64,000 bases of DNA, taken from contig NC_091480.1 in the NCBI RefSeq assembly GCF_036971445.1, positions 61,816,001 to 61,880,000 on the forward strand, in the 5' to 3' direction. The notes beneath the pieces are model-generated. The model was not told the origin of the DNA. It worked only from the letters and a program-made list of their open reading frames with translations, and searched no databases. This document shows positions 23,765 to 33,060 of the stretch, piece by piece. Position 1 is the first letter of the stretch. Each line of letters begins with the position of its first letter. This DNA is from Narcine bancroftii (lineage: Eukaryota). Made by a program: the position numbers and the translations under genes.

Positions 23765-25615
23765 TGGTGCCCAATGATGTATGTGATGTCTGGTGACATA
23801 TGTTGTGCCCAGTGACGTATGTGGTGTATGTAGAGGAAGCATCTACCATCACTCCTGGTGCTCGGTGACATAGATGTGCCCAGTGATGCACATGGTTTCC
23901 GGTGATGTACAGGGTTCCTGGTGATGTTCACAGTGCCCGGTCAAGTATGTGGTGCCTGGTGACATATGTGGTGCCCAGTGATGTTCATGCTGCATGGTGA
24001 TATATGCATGCCTGGTGAAGTTCGTGGTGCACGGTTACGTACACTGTGCCCGGTGATGTACATGGTGCCTGGTGATGTTCATGGTGCCCGGTGACATTCA
24101 TGGTGCCCAGTGACAGACGCAGTGCCCGGTGATGTACGTGGTGCTTGGTGATGTATGTAGCACCCGGTGACATACGCGGTGCCCGGTGATGTACGTGGTG
24201 CTTGGTGATGTATGTAGCACCCGGTGTCATACGCGGTGCCTGGTGACGTACGTGGTGCCCGGAAACGTTCACTGTACCCAGTGACGTTTTCGGTGTCTGG
24301 TGCCCTACACCACACATGTCAAACTCTGGCCTGCGATATAATTATATTTGGCCCGCAAGATCATTTCAAAAATGTATTGGAGGTGGCCCACCCTGCAGCG
24401 AGAGGCGATGCTGTTTTTTGGTAATGTCACCCCCACCATCCTCCCCCTTCATTGCACATCCTTCCCCACCCCCTAACTATCCCCTCCCCCCTAAAACCAC
24501 CCCCCTTAAAAGATGGCCAGAATATTCTTAAAAAGAAATCCAGAATGGTAAAGTTCCACAAACCTTCTGCTGGGAATCCTAACAACACCTGGGCATCAGA
24601 TCCATGGGACGCGGAGGGAGCAAGAGTGTTGCAGGTTGACCGTGCAAACTTTGAGAACAGGATAAACAAAATTGTAACACGAGAAGTCTGTCGATGTCAT
24701 CAGCCGGCAAGCCAGTTGGAAGGCTCCCCGCACAACCAGTCACTTCTCCCACCTGTCGAGCGGAGCGGCAGATTGGCGACCGCCTGTGATTTCCTGTCAG
24801 CGCGACGGACATGGCAGGCTGTGCACGGCCCCCGCTGTTCCACAAAGGCTGATCGGCAGCGTGCTGGGCCTGAGTGGGTAGGTAAGCAGGGGTGGGCAGA
24901 GGGTGTAGGTGAGGAGTAATGGGCAGGGGAAGTTATGGTGGTGCGAGGGGCAGTTAGAGGGAGGGATGAGTATAAGGAGGGGTGGATAGGGAAGAGGTAA
25001 AAGGGGAGGGAAGGGCGAGTAGGGGAGGGGTGATTACAGGGTGAGAGATGGGTAGAGGGAGGAACAGGTTGAGGGGAGAGGCAGTAGAGGGGCGTGTATA
25101 GGATGGGGTGGGTAGAGGCAGAGCGAGTGGAGTGAGGGGTGAGTAGAGGTTGGGTAAAGGACTGGTCAGGTAGAGGGATGGTGGGTCGAGGGTGAATAGA
25201 GACCTAGAGCCTGAGGAGTGAGCAGGAAATGCTGAGTCCTGATGCAGGCCAAAATGGACACAGCCTGTGAATACTGACTACATCTCCACAGGGACCAAAT
25301 AGGTTTCCCTCAGGTCAAGCAAAGGGTGAACTTGAGCTACCTACTCCTGACCTGTAACATTATCCTTCTAAAGTTCTATCCTAAAGTTTAACATTACATA
25401 TGTTGAAAGAAGAGAAAACATGCAGATGTTGTTGAAAATTTTCAATAAATATTTAGTTCGGCCCTCGACTTAGTCCAAGTTTTTAATTTTGGCCCTCCGT
25501 GAATTTGAGTTTGACACCCCTGCCCTACACGGTGCATCGTTACATACATGGTTGCCTGGTGACCTATATGGTGCCTGGTGACCTATATGGTGCCTGGTGA
25601 AGTTCATGGTGCCAG
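23765..25615. repeat. 19-bp degenerate minisatellite (GGTGCCYGGTGAYGTAYRT), interrupted by a hAT element
   Basis: Units visible at ~23765-24302 and 25531-25615; a 57-bp three-unit block is duplicated at ~24121-24240. Confidence 0.85.
24311..25522. mobile_element. Non-autonomous hAT (Charlie/Buster-like) element, copy 1
   Basis: Imperfect TIRs CACACATGTCAAACTC / CAGGGGTGTCAAACTC; 8-bp TSD CCCTACAC (24303-24310, 25523-25530) with central TA; both ends shared with 60946-62054. Confidence 0.92.
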
Positions 25616-25679
25616 ACACAGGTGCAGGGGAACCATCTACCACTCACCCCGGTAGTCAACATCGCCACGTCTGAGTCCA

Positions 25680-26124
25680 CAGGCCCACTCACTCGGCAGG
25701 GCACCTTGGCAACAGAAGCGGGTCTCCTATAGCGTCACAGAACGAGACCAATCAGAGTCCCTCTTTGTAGCGCCGTCGTCTCGTCAGCACAACGGAAAGG
25801 CGATTGTGGCAACTTGCCAATCGCAGGCATCCATCCACCAATCAGGAGCCGTGTACCGCGCATGTCACCAATGGCAGTGCAGAAAAGCAATTACGTCATA
25901 GGACTGAATGATTGAGTATTAGAGATAAAACCTGGGAGCAGCGCAACATCCCTTTAGCGCAGTCTTTGACGGACGGGGGTGGGAACCAATAGGATCGGGG
26001 AATTGGCCCGGTGGAGGCGGCAAATGACGAGCTGACACCGAGGGTCGGGACGGCCTGGACGGCGGCCTGACACCGAGGGCCGCGGGGCGAACGCTGGAGT
26101 TTGCGGCGGAGGACAGGAAGAAAG
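25680..26124. promoter_or_regulatory. CpG-rich promoter and probable 5' UTR exon of the claudin-12-like gene
   Basis: CCAAT at 25748, 25817, 25868 and 25986, ATTGG at 26002; CRE-like TTACGTCA at 25891; high CpG density; X-box-like GGCACCTTGGCAAC near 25700. Confidence 0.7.
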
Positions 26125-26233
26125 GTACCGAGGGACCTGTCCCGGGATCCCTCCCCCTCTTCTCCTTTCCCGTCCCCTCCTCCTCCCTCGTGCCCTGCCT
26201 GTCTAATTTCTCTCTTTCCCCCCTTCCCCACAG
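26125..26233 (+). other. Probable 109-nt 5' UTR intron of the claudin-12-like gene
   Basis: AAG|GTACCG donor at 26125; CTAAT branch point ~26203, long pyrimidine tract and CACAG acceptor at 26233, 29 nt before the ATG. Acceptor strong, donor less certain. Confidence 0.55.
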
Positions 26234-26262
26234 GTGCCGGCGTGTGGTGGTGCCGTGGCTCC

Positions 26263-27000
26263 ATGTCGTGCCGGGAGATGCATCCGGCCACAGTGCTGGC
26301 ATTGCTGTGTGGCGTGTGCTCGCTGGCCGTGCTACTAGGAGCCACGCTGCTGCCTTGTTGGCGCACGCAGCGACTCTCCTCCACGAACCGGAATGAGCGC
26401 AACCTGACGGTGAGCGAGGGGTTGTGGAGTCGCTGTGTGCGGGCTCAGGGCCAGGCCGCCTGCTCCTACCGGGACGCTGACTGGTACCGTGCAGTGGACC
26501 AGTTGGACTTGCGGCTGCTGCAACTGGCCCTGCCGCTGGCTCTCGCTGCCGGTACCACTGCCGCTCTACTCTGTCTCCTTGGCATGTGTCACGCAGCCTG
26601 CAGCTCCCAGGCTCCTCGTGCTGGTCTGGCCAACTGCCTGGTGAACAGTGCTGGCTGCTACCTGGTGGCCGGCGTCCTCTTCCTCCTGTCCTCAGCCCTT
26701 GCCCTGGCTCCCTCGGCTTGGCTGCTGACGCACACCGCCCGCCTTAACCAGCGCTACGGGCCGGTGTGGAGCCCTGGCCTGGCCGCCTACCTGGCACTCG
26801 GCAGTGCCTCTGGCCTCCTCCTCACCAGCAGCCTCCTCTTCCTCTGGTATGGCTCCTGCCGGGAGTTGCCTTCCCCGCTCTGGCAGCCCCTGGCCCCCTC
26901 ACCGGGCCGCCTGCCCTCCTATCTGCCCCCTTCCTCCTACCACTCCCATCTCTCCACCCTGGAGATCGACATCCCCTTGGTCAGGCAGCAGGCCTGCTGA
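26263..27000 (+). CDS. CLDN12: Claudin-12-family protein (245 aa, single coding exon), divergent
   Basis: Four hydrophobic segments; claudin W-GLW-C-C signature; CLDN12-specific blocks NRNERNLTV, WY..VDQLDLR, CLVNSAGC, LPSPLWQPL, EIDIP; same length as recalled human CLDN12. Symbol denotes family; orthology is doubtful (see findings). Confidence 0.92.
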   Translation: MSCREMHPATVLALLCGVCSLAVLLGATLLPCWRTQRLSSTNRNERNLTVSEGLWSRCVRAQGQAACSYRDADWYRAVDQLDLRLLQLALPLALAAGTTAALLCLLGMCHAACSSQAPRAGLANCLVNSAGCYLVAGVLFLLSSALALAPSAWLLTHTARLNQRYGPVWSPGLAAYLALGSASGLLLTSSLLFLWYGSCRELPSPLWQPLAPSPGRLPSYLPPSSYHSHLSTLEIDIPLVRQQAC

Positions 27001-27269
27001 GGGGGGTTGTGTGGGGGGAGGGGGGGGAGGAGTTGGGGGGGACGGGGAGGTGGGGACGACTCCACCCCTCAGGAAGGTGAGGGTGACCCACCTCCTCGAA
27101 ATGCTGCAGCCTGTGTGATGAAGTTGCGTCTATGCCCTCCGAGATTGATATTGGGTCTCGATTCAGAAAGGAATGGTGTTCGCCTGCCCTCGGGCCTTCT
27201 GTCAGAACTGGTATGAAGGCAAAAGCGACTGCGGGATCTTAAACAACCTCCAGAACATCGAACCAACTG

Positions 27270-28290
27270 TGAAACACTGGAGCACAGAAACAGGCCTTTC
27301 GGCCCTTCTCGTTTGTGCCGAACTGTTATTCTGCCTCGTCTCAACAACGTGCATGTGGAGCATACCCTCCCATTCATGTACCTGTCCAGTCTCTTAAAAT
27401 GTTAAAACGAGCCCACATCACCTCTGCTGGTAGCTTGATCCCCACTCCTCTAAATCTCTCTCCTTTCACACTTAACCCATGTCCTCTAATTTTTGTCTTG
27501 CCTAACTTAACCTCAGTGGAAAATCCTGCTTTCATTTACTCTGTCTATTCCCTTCATAATTTTAAATACCGCGATCAAATCTCCCCTCATTCTTCTACGC
27601 TCCAGGGAATAAAGTCCTAATCTGTTTATTAACCTTTCTCTGTAACTCTGTACCTGAAGTCTGGGCAACATTCTTGTCAATCTTCTCTGTACTTTTTCTA
27701 TCTAATTGATATGTTTCCTGTAGTTCAGTGCACACAACACTCCAAATTTAGCCTCACAAGTGTCTTGTACAACTTTACATCCTATTGATTTATGCCTTGG
27801 GGGAGGAGAGCGAGAGAGCGTTGAGGTCAGGGTTGTTACCTTCTGACCAGGATCAAGAACCAGCTGACATGACTGGAACAACAATTTAAGTGTTATTAAC
27901 AAAAAGATGAAGAGAAATGTCTGAATCTGACAGTATGGAATGGGCCATTTGCCTCAACTCCTCCATGCTGACCAATGTGACATCTGGCCCAGTCCCATTT
28001 GCCTGTGTTTGGTCCAATCCTTCAAAACCTTCATAGACCTGTCCAAATGTGTTTAACTGTGCCTCCACCACTTCCAGCTCGTTCCACACACCCACCACCT
28101 TCTATGTGAAGAAGGTGCCCCTCAGGTCCCCTTTATATCTCTCCTCTTTAACCTGTCCCTCTAGTTTGAGACTCCCCAACCCTGGGGAAAAGACTGTGAC
28201 CACCCACCTTATCCATGCCCCCTTTAATTTTATAAACCTCTACAAGATCCCCCCTCAACATCCTTCACTCCAAGGAGAAAACTCCCAGCC
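27270..28290 (-). mobile_element. Two old CR1 3'-end fragments (~27270-27790, ~27930-28290)
   Basis: GGCCTTTCGGCCC tail motif and VVGVWNEL-type ORF2 end, similar to other CR1 3' ends here. Confidence 0.7.
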
Positions 28291-29167
28291 TATCTGGGTT
28301 TAAAAGGAGGAGAGACAGATGATTGGGGAGGGGGAGAGGAGAGCACCGAGACCTCTTTGCTTCTCCCCAGTCTCTTTCCCCCTGGACGTGTGTCCTACCA
28401 CCCCTTCCCACTGTAATCTGTTTGAAGCATCCTGTCCTGGAATGCTGACTTTCCACAGGTCCTGTCTAACCTGCTGAGTCCTCCAGAATTGTTCCAGATT
28501 CCAGCAAAGGTGGTTTTCATTTTTTTCTTTTGAATATGTAAGGTCTGAAGTTCCCCAACCACTGCAGGTGGGATTTGGTGGGTCTCTGGGGTAGGACAGG
28601 AGGGTACATACTGAATGTGCTCTGACTAGCAGTACATTCTCTTTCTCTGTCTCTGTTCAGCTGGTGGTTCTGGGATTCTGCCTTGTGTGAAATGGGCAAG
28701 GTGACAACACTGTCCAGGCAGAGAGCAGTGTGCAACATGCCAGAACCATGCTGGGTGGGAACATTCTTCTGCTGGAAAGGTATTCATGAACATTTAGCCC
28801 TCATGTGTAATTATGGATTTGGCTCTGCATTCATTGGGTCAGGTGTTTTTTTTTTCCAGCACCTCCTGAGGGTTTGGTGTGTCTGAGATGTTTGGAAACA
28901 GATTTCTCAGGCCACCAGGTCTGTGTGGACATCACCCACCTGTTGATAACAATTTCATTCACTGCACAGACCTGTTCATTAACTGCACATGCTCCCCCAA
29001 CATAATCACAGGACGAAACTGCACATGGTTCTGGGTGAGGGTGAGGAGAGAGTGCCAGGTGGGGGGGGGGGTGAGAAAGGAGTGCCCAATTTAGGTGAGA
29101 GGGGGTCCCTGTTCTGGGTGGGGCTGAGGAGGGAGCCTGTGGTGGGGCCGAGGGTGGGAAATCCCTG

Positions 29168-29790
29168 TTCCGGGTGGGGCCGAGGGGGGGAGTGCCCATT
29201 CCGGGTGGGGCCGAGGGGGGAGTGCCCATTCCGGGTGGGGCCGAGGGGGGGAGTGCCCATTCCGGGTGGGGCCGAGGGGGGGAGTGCCCATTCCGGGTGG
29301 GGCCGAGGGGGGGAGTGCCCATTCCGGGTGGGGCCGAGGGGGGGAGTGCCCATTCCGGGTGGGGCCGAGGGGGGGAGTGCCCATTCCGGGTGGGGCCGAG
29401 GGGGGGAGTGCCCATTCCGGGTGGGGCCGAGGGGGGAGTGCCCATTCCGGGTGGGGCCGAGGGGGGGAGTGCCCATTCCGGGTGGGGCCGAGGGGGGGAG
29501 TGCCCATTCCGGGTGGGGCCGAGGGGGGGAGTGCCCATTCCGGGTGGGGCCGAGGGGGGGAGTGCCCATTCCGGGTGGGGCCGAGGGGGGGAGTGCCCAT
29601 TCCGGGTGGGGCCGAGGGGGGGAGTGCCCATTCTGGGTGGGGCCGAGGGGGGGAGTGCCCATTCCGGGTGGGGCCGAGGGGGGAAGTGCCCATTCCGGGT
29701 GGGGCCGAGGGGGGGAGTGCCCATTCCGGGTGGGGCCGAGGGGGGGGAGTGCCCATTCCGGGTGGGGCCGAGGGGGGGGGGGAGTGCCTA
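29168..29790. repeat. 31-bp GC-rich minisatellite, ~20 near-identical copies
   Basis: Unit CCGGGTGGGGCCGAGGGGGGGAGTGCCCATT; variation almost only in G-run length. Confidence 0.97.
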
Positions 29791-30429
29791 TTGTGGGCAG
29801 CTTGAGAAGGGTCCATGTTCCCACCAGCATCTTTGCTGTATCCTTTCACTTCACCACCTCTCTGTTGGGTGGTGGGGAGAGGAGCTGTCCTATTACTGTG
29901 CAAGAAGGCAAACATCACAATTATTCAGAACTGGGAATTTTTATAACATGAATCTGTACATATTCCAAAGTACATTAACGTGTAAACACTGGTTTGTTTC
30001 ATAATGAACACTCCCCTCCTTCCCCCAGCCCTCACCCTGTCTTTCTTCAGAGAAAAAAACCTGAGTTAATTTTACAGTTCACCATACAAAAATGTATGTA
30101 CAAGATCACTGCTCCCACCTCTGTAGATTAGAGTCATAAAGACTTTTTGAGGGAGAGGAGGCTTCTGTCTCCCTGCATGGCCCAATTGCTTCTCCCCCTG
30201 TCCCCCTCCCCAAGATGGAGTATGCTTGGAGAGTTGAGGGTGTGTATGGAGCGGCTTCCCCTGCTCCAGAGAACGTTGAGGGGAATGGACACTCTCTTAC
30301 ACCCCTGCATCTTTCAGAGGGAGAAGAAAGTTGCAAGTTCACTCAGTGACATTCCTCAGTAACACACATCAATTCACATCTCAAGATCACACATTCAATA
30401 AAGTTATTGAAAATATTTTCTCGTCCTGC

Positions 30430-30685
30430 ACAGTCACACATGTCCAGAGGATACACACACATATGGAATATATGTGTATATGGAGACAGGGACAGAGGCA
30501 CGCACATAAATACATAGATTCATTCACACTTGCAGATTCACGCAAACGTGCATGCAGATGCACACACAGATTCATGCAGAGACCCGAGCATAGATGTTCA
30601 CACACAGATGGATACAAACGCACAAATATAGAGACAAACAGGGAGACATAGATGCACACAGGTACATGCACACGCACACAACTCA
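30430..30685. repeat. Degenerate CA-rich tract in the CCNT1 3' UTR region
   Basis: Interrupted (CA)n/(GA)n runs. Confidence 0.7.
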
Positions 30686-30872
30686 CCCCTTGCACCACAA
30701 TTCCTTGGTCCCTTTATGCTGCAGAACACAGTTGACCTTCCCCCAACCACAAGCAGGAGGCTGTTCAGCCCCTCTCTGGCCTGTTACACCAGGGCAGAGG
30801 AAGACCGTCCAGCCTCTCTCTGGCCTGTTGCGCAGGACAGGCGAAGACTCACTGCCTTCTCTCCCCCTGGGT

Positions 30873-31634
30873 TCACTTGGGGAGTGGTGGGAGAGGTGGA
30901 GGGGGTCCATCAGGGAGTGGAGGGGGACGGCCACCTCCAGGGGCCTGTGAGCCTGCCCTGAGTTCCTCACTATGCTGGAAGCCGCGGGGAACACCTTGGG
31001 CAGTGAGCAGGGATTCTAGCATGTTGAAGGTATCCTGGTAGTGACTGTGACTGGCTCCGTGTCCGTTGGTGTCAGGGGTGACCGGAGCATGTTCTAGAGG
31101 CCTTGAGGAAGAGGAATGGGGGTAAAGTCCTGGCATTTTGCCGGGCCTCAGCTGGTTGCGTTTGTGCCCCTCACCACCCTCCACCTCGCCCCTCCGTGCC
31201 CATTGGTGGTGGTGATGTCTGTGACGGTGTGTCGATTCTCTCCTCCTATGACGGCTCCCTGGATGCTCCCTCCTGCCCCCTGACCCATCCTCCTCTGTCT
31301 CCACTGCTTCCCCCTGCTCCTGCTTCGCCCCGGTCACCAGCAGCCGGTACTGCCGGGGGCGTCGATCTCTCTCTCGTTGCGGGGCTGGGCCGCTGTCTGA
31401 CCTCTGCCGTTGCCAGGCCAGTTCTTCCGCTCGCTTAGCCCGGTACTGGTTGAGGCTCACACGCTGGGGGGCCGCTCCCCCCCACCTCCGGCCTCCTCGG
31501 TCATCCTCACTGCCTGCGTACACTGGCCCTATCAGATCTCCGCATGGGATGCCAGCACACTGGGAGGGCAGCTCACTACAGCCTTCCTCTGAATCCCGAT
31601 CCTCCAGCTTCGGTTTCTTAGCTGCTTGGCAGGC
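30873..31634 (-). CDS. CCNT1: Cyclin T1, last coding exon (exon 9), 253 aa + stop
   Basis: AG acceptor at 31636-31635; begins ACQAAKKPK; contains SLNQYRAKRAEELA, a His-rich patch and YQDTFNMLESLLTAQGV; ends PPPPLPPLPK*, the CCNT1-type terminus. Confidence 0.93.
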   Translation of the reverse strand, partial: ACQAAKKPKLEDRDSEEGCSELPSQCAGIPCGDLIGPVYAGSEDDRGGRRWGGAAPQRVSLNQYRAKRAEELAWQRQRSDSGPAPQRERDRRPRQYRLLVTGAKQEQGEAVETEEDGSGGRREHPGSRHRRRESTHRHRHHHHQWARRGEVEGGEGHKRNQLRPGKMPGLYPHSSSSRPLEHAPVTPDTNGHGASHSHYQDTFNMLESLLTAQGVPRGFQHSEELRAGSQAPGGGRPPPLPDGPPPPLPPLPK

Positions 31635-32056
31635 CTACAGGAATGACAGAGTGGACCGTCAGGTCAAGAGGGGCAATGGAAGGGGCGAGGGGGGGTGATG
31701 GAGGAGGCAGTCAAGGCAATTGGGGGTGAGAGAGGTGACAGGAAGGGGCGGGGGATGATGGTGGGGGTGGTCTGGGCAGGAGGGGGCGGGATGAATGAGG
31801 GAGGGGACAAGAGAAACGACAGAGTGGGGCAGTTGGCAGAAGCAGCAATAGAGGTGTTGGAGGGGGCAGGAGGGGTGATCAGGGTGGGAGGGGCAACAGT
31901 GGAGGCAGGAGGGGTGTCAGGGGGCAGACAGCAGAAGGGGAGATGGTGGGGGTGACAGTGGGGGTGGTCAGGGCAGGAGGAGATGAGGCAGGGGGAGGGA
32001 ATGACAGTGGGGGCACGGAGTACGAGGGGTCACCCACAAGGTCCTCACCAACTCAC

Positions 32057-32127
32057 CCGCCAGTTCTTGATGCGCTTCAAGCGATTCGGGGTCTTCTCAA
32101 GGATCTGCAGGAACTCGTGGGTCAGTT
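32057..32127 (-). CDS. CCNT1: Cyclin T1 exon 8 (71 nt)
   Basis: [26 protein letters not shown] and GTGAGT boundaries; phase fits neighbours. Confidence 0.96.
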
Positions 32128-32779
32128 CTAGAAAACAAATACCCTCTCCCTCGTTAGAAACAAAATTACAAGGCAAAGAGGGGATGGGCTTGGCCAGGAG
32201 ATCTTCCTAATACCCAGACCATTCACAGGGTGGGAACAAGTGGGCTCAGAACCTCCAAATGAGAGTCCAGGGAGTGAAGGAGGGTAGGACAGCAATCCCG
32301 CTCCCAGATCTTGCCCTAAATCCCCCCTTCCTCAACTGTGAGAGACTAACCCAGAGGGGTACATCAATGCCAGGCCCAGGAGTGTGTGAAGGGATGGTGG
32401 GGGAGTATGCAAGGGGACAGAGTGAGGGAACAGGACAGGGGGTGTGAGGGGCCAAGGCGGGGGAGGGGATGAGTGTGTGCAAGCAGTCAAGGTGGGGGAG
32501 GGTGCAAGGGGACAGGATAGGGGGTGTGGAGACGGGAAGAGGGTGAGACTGGACAGGGTGGGAGGTGTGTGCGAGGGGATGGGGCGGGAGAATTTGTGAG
32601 GGGATGGTGTGGAGGGAACTTCACTCTGTCTGCATCTGGGAGTGTGTGATGGGATGGAGCAGAGGGAGCTTCAATGTTTCTGAACCCAGGGTCAGGTGGG
32701 GAAATTTTGTACTAAATCCCATTTTGGGCTGTCAGACCCTGAGCCCTGTCTGTGGTTGTGAGTGGGGGTGCTGATAGAG

Positions 32780-33060
32780 GTAACTCTACAAATACAGAGG
32801 AGAGTAATGGTCTCCTCTACATTGGAGAGACTGGGCACAGACTGGGAGATCACTTTGTTGAGAACCCCTGCTCTGTCTGCTGCAATAGCGTGGATCTCCC
32901 AGTGGCCACCCATTCAAATTCCTTGCCCCATTCCTTTGCTAACATAGACTCGTGCACTGCCAGGCTGAGACCACCTGCAAATTGGAGGAACACCACCTCA
33001 TTCTGTCTGGCCAAACTCCAATCAGATGGCATTAAAATTGACTTGGCAGTTTCTGTTCGC
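32780..33060 (+). mobile_element. Penelope-like element remnant (GIY-YIG end)
   Basis: GLLYIGETGHRLGDHFVE...DLPVATH. A related 3' fragment lies at ~43930-44180. Confidence 0.75.

Noticed and set aside
26101..26262. 54-aa N-terminal extension of the claudin in the ORF track
   Set aside because: Starts at TTG and runs through a probable intron; homology begins at ATG 26263.
29168..29790. CRISPR-like array
   Set aside because: Head-to-tail repeats with no unique spacers, no cas genes, eukaryotic context.
28831..30004. Six overlapping 179-320 aa Gly/Pro-rich ORFs
   Set aside because: By-products of the stop-free 31-bp repeat; open in all frames on both strands.
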